DNA from: the human T2T-CHM13v2.0 reference genome, Homo sapiens
Direction: 5' to 3'
DNA length: 64,000 nucleotides
Assembly: GCA_009914755.4 (NCBI GenBank)
Contig: CP086569.2
Span: forward strand, 448,001-512,000
Positions 34,901-54,336 of this stretch are shown in pieces (position 1 is the first letter of the stretch; every line of letters begins with the position of its first letter). The translations under genes were made by a program, and so were the position numbers. The notes under the pieces were generated by a model. The model was given only the letters and a program-made list of their open reading frames with translations. It had not been told where the DNA came from and searched no databases.

Positions 34901-35767
34901 ACACACACCCCAACCCACCGTCACTCATGTCCCCCCACTGCTGTGCCATCTCACACAAGTTCACAGCTCAGCTGTCATCCTGGGTCCCCAGGCCCCGCCG
35001 GGGAGGAAGATGCGCCGTGGGGTTACGGGAGGAAGGGGACTCCGGGCCTCCTGGTGCCCCACTTTATTTGCAGAAGGTCCTTGGCAGGAACCGTGACGCG
35101 TTTGGTTTCCAGGACTTGGAAAACGAATTTCAGGTCGCGATGGCGAGCACCGGCTTCCCCTGAAGCACATTCAATAGCGAGAGGCGGGAGGGAGCGAGCA
35201 GGAGCATCCCACCATGAAAACCAAAAACACAAGTATTTTTTTCACCCGGTAAATACCCCAGACGCCAGGGTGACAGCGCGGCGCTAAGGGAGGAGGCCTC
35301 GCGCCGGGGTCCGCCGGGATCTGGCGCGGGCGGAAAGAATATAGATCTTTACGAACCGGATCTCCCGGGGACCTGGGCTTCTTTCTGCGGGCGCTGGAGA
35401 CCCGGGAGGCGGCCCCGGGGATCCTCGGCCTCCGCCGCCGCCGCCTCCCAAGCGCCCGCGTCCCGGTTTGGGGACACCCGGCCCCTTCTTCTCACTTTCG
35501 GGGATTCTCCAGCCGCGTTCCATCTCACCAACTCTCCATCCAAGGGCGCGCCGCCACCAACTTGGAGCTCATCTTCTCCCAAGATCGTGCGTCCCCGGGG
35601 CGCCCGGGTCCCCCCCCTCGCCATCTCAACCCCGGCGCGACCCGGGCGCTTCCTGGAAAGATCCAGGCGCCGGGCTCTGCGCTCCTCCCGGGAGCGAGGG
35701 CGGCCGGACGACTGGGACCCTCCTCTCTCCAGCCGTGAACTCCTTGTCTCTCTGTCTCTCTCTGCAG

Positions 35768-36595
<828 letters not shown>

Positions 36596-36624
36596 TAAGG
36601 CCCGGGCCGTCAGGCTTTGCCTAA

Positions 36625-37140
<516 letters not shown>

Positions 37141-39919
37141 TGACGGCTTAGGATGTGTGTTTCTGTCTCTGCCTGTCTGCCTTGTATTTACGGTCACCCA
37201 GACGCACAGAGGAGCCGTCTCCACGCGCCTTCCCAGCGCTCAGCGCCTGCCGGGCCCCCGGAGATCACGGGAAGACTCGAGGCTGCGTGGTAGGAGACGG
37301 GAAGGCCCCGGGTCAGCTCGGTTCTGTTTCCTTTAAGGAACCCTTCATTATTATTTCATTGTTTTCCTTTGAACGTCGAGGCTTGATCTTGGCGAAAGCT
37401 GTTGGGTCCATAAAAACCACTCCCGTGAGCGGAGGTGGCCGGGATCTGGATGGGGCGCGAGGGGCCCCGGGGAAGCTGGCGGCTTCGCGGGCGCGTCCTA
37501 AGTCAAGGTTGTCAGAGCGCAGCCGGTTGTGCGCGGCCCGGGGGAGCTCCCCTCTGGCCCTTCCTCCTGAGACCTCAGTGGTGGGTCGTCCCGTGGTGGA
37601 AATCGGGGAGTAAGAGGCTCAGAGAGAGGGGCTGGCCCCGGGGATCTCTGTGCACACACGACAACTGGGCGGCATACATCTTAAGAATAAAATGGGCTGG
37701 CTGTGTCGGGGCACAGCTGGAGACGGCTATGGACGCCTGTTATGTTTTCATTACAAAGACGCAGAGAATCTAGCCTCGGCTTTTGCTGATTCGCAGAGTT
37801 GAGGTGCGAGGGTGAATGCCCCAAAGGTAATTCTTCCTAAGACTCTGGGGCTACCTGCTCTCCGGGGCCCTGCATTTGGGGTGTGGAGTGGCCCCGGGAA
37901 ATAGCCCTTGTATTCGTAGGAGGCACCAGGCAGCTTCCCAAGGCCCTGACTTTGTCGAAGCAGAAAGCTGTGGCTACGGTTTACAAAGCAGTCCCCGGTT
38001 TCTGACCGTCTAAGAGGCAGGAGCCCAGCCTGCCTTTGACAGTGAGAGGAGTTCCTCCCTACACACTGCTGCGGGCACCCGGCACTGTAATTCATACACA
38101 GAGAGTTGGCCTTCCTGGACGCAAGGCTGGGAGCCGCTTGAGGGCCTGCGTGTAATTTAAGAGGGTTCGCAGCGCCCGGCGGCCGCTTCTGTGGGGTTGC
38201 TTTTTGGTTGTCCTTCGCAGACACCGTTTTGCTCCTCTGAACTCTCTCTTCTCCCCCTGGCCGTGGACCCGGGAGAGCAAAGTGTCCTCCAGACCTTTCG
38301 AAAGTGAGAGGAAAATAAAGACCAGGCCAAAGACCCAGGGCCACAGGAGAGGAGACAGAGAGTCCCCGTTACATTTTCCCCTTGGCTGGGTGCAGAAAGA
38401 CCCCCGGGCCAGGACTGCCACCCAGGCTACTATTTATTCATCAGATCCAAGTTAAATCGAGGTTGGAGGGCAGGGGAGAGTCTGAGGTTACCGTGGAAGC
38501 CTGGAGTTTTTGGGAACAGCGTGTCCCCGCCGAGCCTGGGAGCCCGTGGGTTCTGCAAAGCCTGCGGGTGTTTGAGGACTTTGAAGACCAGTTTGTCAGT
38601 TGGGCTCAATTCCTGGGGTTCAGACTTAGAGAAATGAAGGAGGGAGAGCTGGGGTCGTCTCCAGGAAACGATTCACTTGGGGAGAAGGAATGGAGTGTTC
38701 TTGCAGGCACGTGTCTGATAGGAGGTGAAACAGAATGTGAAATCCACGTTGGAGTAAGCGTCCAGCGCTGAATGTAGCTCGGGGTGGGGTGGGAGGGCCC
38801 TGGTGTGGATCGTGGAAGGAAGAAAGACAGAACAGGGTGCTAGTATTTACCCCGTTCCCTGTAGACACCCTGGATTTGTCAGCTTTGCAAGCTTCTTGGT
38901 TGCAGCGGCCTTGCCTGTGCCCCTTTGAGACTGTTTCCAGACTAAACTTCCAAATGTCAGCCCCTTACCCTTGACAGCAAGGGACATCTCATTAGGGCAT
39001 CGCGTGCTTCTCATCTGTGCTCAGCAGGCCCGAGATAGGAACAGAGGGGCGTTGGAGATGCCACTTCCACCAGCCCTGGGTTGAAGGGGAGCGAGGGAGA
39101 CACCTTTTACTTAAACCCCTGAGCTTGGTCAGAGAGGCTGAATGTCTAAAATGAGGAAGAAAAGGTTTTTCACCTGGAAACGCTTGAGGGCTGAGTCTTC
39201 TGCCCTTCTGACTCCCCCAGCAAATACAGACAGGTCACCAACTACTGGAGATGAGAAAGTGCCATTTTTGGCACACTCTGGTGGGGTAGGTGCCCGACCG
39301 CGTGTGAAAAAGTGGGAAGGAGAGATTTCTGCGCACGCGGTTCAGCCCCCAGGCGCGGTGGCGCATTCAGGTACTCAGACGCGGTTCTGCTGTTCTGCTG
39401 AGAAACAGGCTTCGGGTAGGGGCTCCTAGCTCCGCCAGATCGCGGAGGGACCCCCAGCCCTCCTGCGCTGCAGCGGTGGGGATAGCGTCTCTCCGTAGGC
39501 CTAGAATCTGCAACCCGCCCCGGGTCCTCCCCGTGTCCTTCCCGGGCGTCCCGCCGGGGATCCCACAGTTGGCAGCTCTTCCTCAAATTCTTTCCCTTAA
39601 AAATAGGATTTGACACCCCACTCTCCTTAAAAAAAAAAATAAGAAAAAAAGGTTAGGTTATGTCAACAGAGGTGAAGTGGATAATTGAGGAAACGATTCT
39701 GAGATGAGGCCAAGAAAACAACGCTCGTGCAAAGCCCAGGTTTTTGGGAAAGCAGCGAGTATCCTCCTCGGCTTTTGCCTTATGGACCCCACGCAGTTTT
39801 TGCGTCAAAGCGCATTGGTTTTCGAGGGCCCCCTTTCCACCGCGGGATGCACGAAGGGGTTCGCCACGTTGCGCAAAACCTCCCCGGCCTCAGCCCTGTG
39901 CCCTCCGCTCCCCACGCAG

Positions 39920-40128
39920 GGATTTATGAATGCAAAGAGAAGCGCGAGGACGTGAAGTCGGAGGACGAGGACGGGCAGACCAAGCTGAAACAGAGGCGCA
40001 GCCGCACCAACTTCACGCTGGAGCAGCTGAACGAGCTCGAGCGACTCTTCGACGAGACCCATTACCCCGACGCCTTCATGCGCGAGGAGCTCAGCCAGCG
40101 CCTGGGGCTCTCCGAGGCGCGCGTGCAG
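39920..40128 (+). CDS. SHOX: SHOX exon 3 (209 bp): (G)[69 protein letters not shown], the N-terminal two thirds of the homeodomain
   Basis: Acceptor ccctccgctccccacgcag|gg. Donor gtgcag|gtagga at 40128/40129. Phase-consistent with exon 2. Paired-like homeodomain motif QRRSRTNFT... Confidence 0.95.
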
Positions 40129-40339
40129 GTAGGAACCCGGGGGCGGGGGCGGGGGGCCCGGAGCCATCGCCTGGTCCTCGGGAGCGCACAGCACGCGTAC
40201 AGCCACCTGCGCCCGGGCCGCCGCCGTCCCCTTCCCGGAGCGCGGGGAGGTTGGGTGAGGGACGGGCTGCGGTTCCTGGACTTTTGGAGACGCCTGAGGC
40301 CTGTAGGATGGGTTCATTGCGTTTGTTTTTCACCAACAG

Positions 40340-42175
40340 CAAACAAATATATATACATATATATTATACAAATAACAAATAAATATATATGTTATACAGA
40401 TGGGTATATCGTATATATTATAGATATTTGTTCGTCCTTGGTGCAAAGACACCCGGTGAACCCATATATTGGCTCCTGACTGCCTTCGGTTCCCCTGGGA
40501 TTGGTTATAGGGGCAACACATGCAAACAAAACTTTCCCTGGATTATACTTAGGAGACGAAGCTACAGATGCGTTTGATCCAGAGTGTTTTACAAGATTTT
40601 TCATTTAAAAAAAAATGTGTCTTTTGGCCCCTGATTCCCCTCCGTCTTCCCGTGTGGCTGCATTGAAAAGGTTTCCTTAGGATGAAAGGAGAGGGGTGTC
40701 CTCTGTCCCTAGGTGGAGAGAAACAGGGTCTTCTCTTTCCTCCGTTTTTTCACCTACCGTTTCTATCTCCCTCCTCCCCTCTCCAGCCCTGTCCTCTGCT
40801 ACAAACCACCCCCTCCTCCCTCCGGCTGTGGGGAGCGCAGGAGCACGTTGGGCATCTGGATGAGCGGAGACTATTAGCGGGGCACGGGGGCTCCCCGAGG
40901 AGCGCGCGAATTCACGCTGCCCCATGAGACCAGGCACCGGGGGGCGGAGGGGCCTTGGGTGTCCGCAGAGGGACGGGCGGGCAGAGCCTTCCTCCGCATT
41001 CTAAACATTCACTTAAAGGTATGAGTTTATTTCAGGGGTGCTGCTGGGAGAGCCTCCAAATGGCTTCTTCCAGCCCCTGCCTGACAGTTCAGCTCCCCTG
41101 GAAGGTCAACTCCTCTAGTCCTTTCTCCTGGTTCTGGGCAGGACAGAAGTGGGGGGAGGGAGAGAGAGAGAGAGAGAGAGAGAGACGGTCAGGATCCCCG
41201 GACCCTGGGGAACCCGTCAAAAATAAATGAAATTAAGATTGCCGACCAGAGAGAGAACCGTGACAAAGCAAACGGCGTTCAAAGCAAAGAGACGAACTGA
41301 AAGCCCGTTCCCGTAGGACTGGTTATGAGGTCAACACATTCAAACACAGCTTGCTCTGGATTTTGCTGAGCAGAGGAAGATACAGATGCATTTGATCCAA
41401 AGTGTGTTACATCTTTCATTATATGTGTGTCTATATATATAAACATATATAAATATATAAACATACATAAATGTATGTAAATATATATAATCTATATACA
41501 TATATAAATATATAAACACATATATAATATATAAATCTATAAACATATATAATATATAAACATAAATATATAAACATATATAATATATAAATATATTAAC
41601 ATATATAAAATATGTATAAATATATATAAACATATAAACATATATAAATATATAAACATATAAATATATAAACATATATAAATATATACAAACATATTGT
41701 ATATATATAAATATATATAAAAACATATATATACATATAAAAATATATATAAACATATATACATATAAAGAAATATATATAAACATATATACATATAAAT
41801 ATACATATATAAACATATATATACATAAAATATATATAAACATATATACATATAAAAATATATATATATTAACATATATATACATATAAAAATATATATA
41901 TTAACATATATATACATATAAAAATATATATATATTTTTGGCCCCTGATTCCCTTCGGTTCCTGTGGGATGGGTGATTGAGTCAACACATTCAAACACAA
42001 CTTTTCCATCGATGTTGCTTAGGAGATGAGGATACAGATGCGTTTGATGGAGAGGGTTTTACAAGCTCTTTCATTTAAATATATATATATATATATATAT
42101 ATTTTTTGGCTCCTGATTCTCTTCCGTCTTCCCATGTGGCTGCATTTTAAAAGGCTTCCCTAAGATCGTTACGAT
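40340..42175. repeat. Intron-3 segmental tandem triplication: a unique block of about 200 bp repeated at about 40445-40680, 41285-41420 and 41935-42175, each associated with AT-rich minisatellites
   Basis: Shared block ...ggttcc..tgggat.ggt.at.ag..caacacattcaaacacaac.tt.c.tggat..tgct.aggaga.ga.gatacagatgcgtttgatc.agagtgttttacaag.t.tttcattt... then ttttggcccctgattcc..tccgtcttcccgtgtggctgcatt.aaaagg.ttcc.tagga. Confidence 0.7.
41400..41940. repeat. AT-rich minisatellite ((ATATAAACAT)n/(TATATAAA)n variants) of about 540 bp
   Basis: aaacatatataaatatataaacatacataaatgtatgtaaatatatataa... continuous. Confidence 0.85.
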
Positions 42176-42399
42176 TAAATCAACCCTCCCCAGGCATCTT
42201 TACCGAGGGCTGTGGTCCCCAAAGCGATACAGCCCAGGAGGGAGAGAGGCTTTGGTGACTTGGAGGAAGGACTGTGTCCCTCCTTAGGGCGTCTGTGGCC
42301 TCAGTGAGGGAAGGAAGCTGCATCAGACAGGGGTTTCCTCGCTGTCCACCCCTCTGGCAGAAGATGGATTGGGCTGCCCCGTATAAATTAATGAAAAGA

Positions 42400-43450
42400 T
42401 TAAAGTTTCGCTAAAGGGGACATCGAGTTTATGTGTCATCTCCTGGTGTCTGTGTGCCTGGGATCTGCAATATATCCCAGCCCTTGATGTACTGTTTCTA
42501 TAAAAATAAATTACTTGTAATTTAATTCCACACTATTTCTTTCCGTAGTCTATTACCGACGAGAGCACGTTAGTTCAGCTGCGGAAAATTGGTTGTGGGG
42601 TGTGTGCGGACCCCGAGAACGCCCTAAAATAAAGACAAATCGGGGACAAGCTGGGGGTTATCGATTGCAGGGGTCGCATGAAAATTTAACGACGGTAAAT
42701 AATAATAAAAACAAACATGGGAATGCAATAAAAGACATAATTCTCCATCGCCGCGGGGGGAAAGGATCCTATAGTAAAGGCGAGTGCGCTTTGAGGGGTC
42801 ATAAAAATCAATTAGTTCCAACACCCACGTCCCGCGTTGAGGGGACGGGGACGAGCAGGGACAGAAAAAGAAACCATATTTGAATCCCATCTCTCTGTGA
42901 ATTCTTGGGTCACATGCGTCTCAGTACAGCCCGTCCCGTGCTGTGACCGGATAGAGTTTCAATTTACTGTGGAAATTTGCTGTAAATAAATTGAGCATCC
43001 GATAGAAGCTGTTGCTGATTAACCTTTTATTTTTAGCGTGGCCCTGCAAAGTCGTATCACCCAGCTGTCAGGCTTCTAATCGAAAGTTATGAGACCACGG
43101 TGAGGGGCAGGCGGTAATTTAATTACAACAAATATCTTTGGGTTTATGGCGCAGAGCTAAATTAAATGTCATTATTCACTGTCTGTAATGGAAATCAAAA
43201 GGAAATCGCATTACGGCATTTGGGAAAGAAAGCGGGGAGTGCTCTTTAATGAAGAAATAACTGTCTTAAGCAGTGTCACACACTTCACTTACCATATTCG
43301 GGCCTAATTGGAATGGATCGTGAATCACTCCAAGACTGATTTATTAGCGCTTCACGCAGCGGCTAATTCATCACTTGTATTCTTCATCATTTTTTTTTTT
43401 CCTCTCGCCGTGTTGAAGGGAGAGTGAATGAGGCTTTCCACGTTTCAGGA
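42400..43450 (+). promoter_or_regulatory. Repeat-free intron-3 block with enhancer-like composition (candidate conserved non-coding element)
   Basis: No Alu/L1/simple repeats. Many TAAT/ATTA homeodomain-type cores (gtaatttaattacaac, ctaaattaaatgtcattattcac, ctaattggaatgg, ggctaattcatcac). CpGs retained in AT-rich context (cgattg, cgacgg, cgccgcgg, cgtcccgcg). Confidence 0.3.
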
Positions 43451-44857
43451 GGATTTTCTTTTTTGAAAAATGCCCTTCCAGAGGCTTTTGGGTGGCTGGC
43501 TTGCTTTCTGGGCCCTGGAGGAGACAGGCGGAGAGTCCAGGTGGGCATGGAGAGGCACAGTGGCAGGTCACCTGGATGGTCAGTGGAGGTGGAGGTCTGA
43601 AGGCGCCAGCTTTGGAAATTATTGGTGAATTTCGATGTCAGCACCAGGCAGGGGCCTTTTTGGCGGGGGTGTGAGGGAGGATGACTTTGCTGGGAAACAG
43701 GATCAGGTTCTCCAGGCGCACTGCAGCCCGGTAGGACCCACTTTGGAAATGAAAAGCCAGTTCCGAAAGCTGGGCTGGAAGCTTCCGTGTTGGGTTCAAG
43801 AGCAAGTTCACGTTGCGCTGTGTAGACTCCTGGCTGCTCCCAAACTCTGAGGGTTTTCTGAGGTTCCCTTCATAGGGGCACCGGCCCTGGGCCATGCACA
43901 GTGCGTAAGGGTGGCTGTGGGCCGAGGGACCCAGCACGTGTTTTGCCCACAACAGCCGGAGTGACTGGTTCACTCACCGCCTTGGCGGAGGACGCCTGTT
44001 CTCTGGACGAATCATTTCTCTTGGGTGGTGACTGCCTTGTGGGTCAAGGTGCAGGTTTTCTGCCACAGAAAACCTGTTAGGAGGAATTAAGCGACTAAGA
44101 CTGTCAGGGAGGTGGTGGTGGGGGAGAGGAGGGGGTGGTGTCCAGATTACCAGGCATAGGCTAAACTGCCTGCACTCTCCAGCTGGTCTGTCTGTGGAGG
44201 AGGGGATTGTCAATACTGGGAGAGCAGAGGAGGCTCGTAGGAGGTGAGAGGGGGTGGAATTTGCATGCAAATCTTCACATGAGGCCTGTGTGAATTTCTC
44301 CAGCCTCCTGAGGGTCCCCTGCGCTATTGCACTCAACTTCTTGATAGTTTACCCCAAGACTCAGAAGTCCTTAGAGGGGCAGAATGCCCCCACCACAAAG
44401 CCTGCTATCCTTGGGCGTCCTCAGGACCCTTGGTCATGAATGGGACCCTTTCATGTATGGGGACCCTTGGTAATATGAATGGGACGCCTTCAGCTCCCCA
44501 GGGCTTCCGAGGAGGCCGAGAAGGGCAAAGACACTTCCGAGGAGGCCGAGAAGGGCAAAGACATTTTCTGGGCTTGGTGTGTCAAGAGCTAGATTGGAGA
44601 AGGGGCTGGATTTGGAACTCTTTAGCCATCAGCTCACCCTCTCCGTTTGTGGCTAAAGTCTGAAGGTGGAAACTTCGGTTCTCCTACAGGGTCTACAGGA
44701 GTTGGGGGGCGGGGCGCCCACACAGAACGCTGGAAAGTTCGACAGTCCACTTCCACTGGCTCGGAACTCACTTTTTCACCTTAAGTTCATCAGCGGTAAC
44801 GCATAGGTCTCACTTAGGCAGGGCACGGATGATTTAACAATTTCTACTTCTAGGTCA

Positions 44858-46106
<1,249 letters not shown>

Positions 46107-46131
46107 TGACACCTGCTCCCTTTGGACACAG

Positions 46132-46220
46132 GCGTCATCTTGGGCACAGCCAACCACCTAGACGCCTGCCGAGTGGCACCCTACGTCAACATGGGAGCCT
46201 TACGGATGCCTTTCCAACAG
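46132..46220 (+). CDS. SHOX: SHOX exon 5 (89 bp): (G)[29 protein letters not shown]
   Basis: Acceptor tttggacacag|gcgtc. Donor ccaacag|gtagct at 46220/46221. Ends in phase 0. Confidence 0.95.
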
Positions 46221-46410
46221 GTAGCTCACTTTTTCTTCCTCTGAAGATCCCTAGGGACCTGCTGCTCCCTTCCCCTTTCCCCTATTTGCTGCCGCATCCT
46301 GACACTCCTAGTCCCTCCCTGCCCCTGCAGACTTCTCAGCTGGCCCTTAGAAAAAAAGCCTCTTTTCCGAGGAGGCATTTACAGGCACCTTGGCACCTAT
46401 GAAATCAGGC

Positions 46411-46840
<430 letters not shown>

Positions 46841-47812
46841 AGGCTGTAAAAATCCACTTTTGGGAAGGTGAACACACACAAGCCCAAACAGAAATCTGAC
46901 AAAAACCAGAGGGGTGAAAAGTCCACACAGTCAGGCACCCCCACCTGGCTTGCTGCCTGGTTAAGAAGGGCGCAGATGCCTGTGCCTGGATACCAGAGAT
47001 GGGACAGACACCCATTCCCTTTTCATCACCACCCCCGAGTGCCCGAGGGCCTGGGGCGTCTGCCTGGCCCCTGGCCCCTGGCTTGGGCTCTGCACCTCTG
47101 AGCTGGAGACACCCTACTCAGCTCCCCACTTACTTTGGAGTGAGCAGCGCTTGGGTGCCCAGCGTGGATTTGGGGCTTCCAGGGAGTCGGGGTTCGGTCG
47201 CGGAGCCCAAGCTTCCCAAGGGCGCCCCCGCCCTGCCCTGGCTTAGTGGTGGGGATGGGATGGGGGGAAGCGGGGAGCTGCGTGGAAGGAGGTGAAGGGT
47301 CACAGGAGGAGAGAGCGCAGCGCCCACGTGCGCCCTGCCTGAACGCGCAGCGCAGCGCCCGGCTGCGGTGCCCCTTGCCCCTTCGGTCCCTAATTTGGGG
47401 ATCGGGAGTGCATGCGCGGGCGGAACGGGCTTGGGGGGGGGGCTCTGGCAGGGCGGACGCGTGGCCTCCCTTCTTCACCGTTTTATTCCAAGGGGACAGG
47501 CTGGGGATTGTATTTGGGCGCGTGTTTGGCTGAGGGTGCAGGGACTTGGGGGGTGGCGGTGGGGAGCGCGGAAGGTATAAACGTATAAATCATAAGTAAA
47601 CAACTCAGAAATGGACCCCGAGCGCTGGTCGCCGCTAGCTCTCCAGCTCTCCCTGGCCCAGGCCCGAAGGAGAGGGGTCCGCATCCCTCCGCGGTTCTCC
47701 TCTCCTGGGTACCTGGCCTTGAGGTGGGGGAACGAGCCTACTTCTTGTACCGTCTTTTGCCGACGGCGGGACCCAGTGAAATTAGGCCGTTGGAGCCCGC
47801 AGGCCTGCCTGG

Positions 47813-49125
47813 CTTTGCGCACCGGAGTCTTGGGGACCTGGTGTCCCCGGGAAAAACTTGGGGACCTGGTATCCCCGGGAGAGGCTTGGGGACCTGGTGT
47901 CCCGGGAGAGGCTTGGGTACCTGGTTTCTCTGGAAGAGGCTTGGACACCTGGTGTCCTGGGAGGGCCTTTGGGACCTGGTGTCCTGGGAGAGGCTTGGAG
48001 ATCTGTTGTCCTGGGAGAGGCTTGGGGACCTGGTGTCCCTGGAGAGGCTTGGGGACCTGGTGACCTTGGAGAGGCTTGGAGACCTGGTGTTCTGGGAGAG
48101 GCTTGGGGACCTGGTGTTCTGGGAGAGGCTTGGGGACCTGGTGTCTCTGGAAGAGGCTTGGACACCTGGTGACCCGGGAGGGCCTTGGGGATCTGGTGTC
48201 CCGGGAGAGCCTTGGGGACCTGGTGTCCTGGGAGAGGCTTGGGGACCTGGTGACCTTGGAGAGGCTTGGGGACCTGGTGTCCTGAGAGAGCCTTGGGGAT
48301 CTGGTGTCCCAGGAGAGGCTTGGGGACCTGGTGTCTCTGGAAGAGGCTTGGACACCTGGTGTCCTGGGGAGAGGCTTGGGGACCTGGTGTCCTGGGAGAG
48401 GCTTGGGGACCTGGTGTCCTGGGAGAGGCTTGGAGATCTGGTGAGCCGGGAGAGGCTTGGGGACCTGGTGTCCCGGGAGAGGCTTGGGGACTTGGTGTCC
48501 CGGGAGAGGCTTGAACACCTGGTGTCCCAGGAGAGGCTTGGGGACCTGGTGACCTTGGAGAGGCCTGGGGACCTGGTGACCCGGGAGAGCCTTGGGGACC
48601 TGGTGTCCTGGGGAGAGCCTTGGGGACCTGGTGACCTTGGAGAGGCTTGGGGACCTGGTGTCTCGGGAGTGCCTTGGGGACCTAGTGACCCGGGAGAGGC
48701 TTGGGGACCTGGTGTCCCGGGAGAGGCTTGGGGACCTGGTGTCCTGGGAGAGCCTTGGGGATCTGGTGTCCTGGGGAGAGGCTGGGGGACCTGGTGTCTC
48801 GGGAGAGAGCCTTGGGGACCTGGTGACCCGGGAGAGGCTTGGACACCTGGTGTCCCGGGAGAGGCTTGGGGACCTGGTGACCCGGGAGAGCCTTGGGGAC
48901 CTGGTGTCCTGGGGAGAGGCTGGGGGACCTGGTGTCTCGGGAGAGAGCCTTGGGGACCTGGTGACCCGGGAGAGGCTTGGACACCTGGTGTCCCGGGAGA
49001 GGCTTGGGAGCCTGGTGTCCCGGGAGAGCCTTGGGGACCAGGTGACCTTGGAGAGGCTTGGGGACCTGGTGATCTTGGAGAGGCTTGGGGACCTGGTGTC
49101 TCGGGAGAGGTTACGGGGGCTGGTT
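47813..49125. repeat. 27-bp GC-rich minisatellite, about 49 copies (1.3 kb), in SHOX intron 5, ending 343 bp upstream of the exon 6a acceptor
   Basis: Unit gagaggcttggggacctggtgtcc.gg with period exactly 27 bp (for example starts at 47881 and 47908). Variants ggacacctgg, gtgaccttgg, gagagccttgg. Stop-free in several frames, which explains the 560-760-aa ORFs on both strands. Confidence 0.95.
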
Positions 49126-49467
49126 GGGGGAGAGAACGTTGTGAGCCAAAGTCCCTGAATCCCTGCGAAGAGAGCGCATCGGGAGCTCCCCCTGAGGGCG
49201 TTCCATTTGTGGACCCCCCTCCCATGCGCTTTGCAGGGAGCTGTTCGGATTCCCCTGGCCCGGCTCCCGCGGATGCATCCAGTGGCAGCGCCAATTCTGG
49301 GCCAGGGGGAAGGAGGAAAGGCGGGTGTGGGGTGGTCTCCACGGCTGGAGAAGGGGCGACGCTCCCTAGGGGAGAAGAGGCACGTTGGGGGTTTCCGGGG
49401 GCGCGGGGCGGAGCAGGCCCCCCAGTCCCCATCCTGCGCCCTCACCCCGCCGGGTCCGCTCCCGCAG

Positions 49468-49713
49468 GTCCAGGCTCAGCTGCAGCTGGAAGGCGTGGCC
49501 CACGCGCACCCGCACCTGCACCCGCACCTGGCGGCGCACGCGCCCTACCTGATGTTCCCCCCGCCGCCCTTCGGGCTGCCCATCGCGTCGCTGGCCGAGT
49601 CCGCCTCGGCCGCCGCCGTGGTCGCCGCCGCCGCCAAAAGCAACAGCAAGAATTCCAGCATCGCCGACCTGCGGCTCAAGGCGCGGAAGCACGCGGAGGC
49701 CCTGGGGCTCTGA
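49468..49713 (+). CDS. SHOX: SHOX exon 6a coding part (SHOXa C-terminus): [81 protein letters not shown] (includes the OAR motif)
   Basis: Acceptor ccgctcccgcag|gtccag at 49467/49468. TGA stop at 49711-49713. Total 292 aa across exons 2-6a. Confidence 0.95.
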   Translation, partial: VQAQLQLEGVAHAHPHLHPHLAAHAPYLMFPPPPFGLPIASLAESASAAAVVAAAAKSNSKNSSIADLRLKARKHAEALGL

Positions 49714-51870
<2,157 letters not shown>

Positions 51871-52115
51871 GAGAGAGAGAGAGGCTTTAATAGTTAAGCT
51901 GAAATTTTTATCGAAAAGAAGAATTGCATTTTGAATCTTTGGGAAGTAGGTTCATTCATCAGAGTATGTAACCCTTTGGAAAAGTGGTTGGTAAGATATG
52001 TACAGCCCTAGATTTTTTTTTTTTTTAACCAAAAAGGCTGAGTAATTTTGAAAAATCGAAACATAACAGTGTGTCATCATTTCCTCCCAAGAAAAAGCTC
52101 ACTCCACGTGAGTAG

Positions 52116-53520
<1,405 letters not shown>

Positions 53521-53748
53521 GAACTTTTAAAAGGGAGTTACTGACTCTCAACTGTGCGGGGACGGTTTCAGTTTGATTTAATATGGAAAGAGGGCCAAGT
53601 GTCATCCTCACAAATGGGTCCCCGAAGCAGATCAAACGCAGAGAACTGTGAGGGTGGGACACGAGTGTCTGTGGACACTGGCTGCCTTTGGCTTTTCTCC
53701 TGCGAGAGAAGTTGGGTGACTTTCTGTAGGTGGATGAGTGATCCCTGA

Positions 53749-54336
<588 letters not shown>

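Noticed and set aside
30221-35287. Many ORFs of 250-616 aa on both strands (for example 31124-32803, 33246-35096, 33466-34924, 30253-31014)
   Set aside because: All lie within CT/TTTC polypyrimidine tracts and encode S/L/F/P or E/R/K homopolymer-like strings. No codon structure beyond the repeat period.
39727-40479. 250-aa ORF (+) containing the exon 3 peptide
   Set aside because: Only 39920-40128 is exon (bounded by AG/GT in correct phase). The rest of the ORF is intronic read-through (upstream GC-rich intron 2 end, downstream gtaggaacccggggg... and AT-rich repeat).
47813-49125. PRDM9-type 13-mer hotspot motif (CCNCCNTNNCCNC) within the 27-bp minisatellite
   Set aside because: I scanned the unit on both strands by eye (cctctcccaggacacc, ccccaagcctctc, etc.) and found no match at the constrained positions. 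There is no motif-based support for a hotspot, although PAR1 recombination is high regardless.
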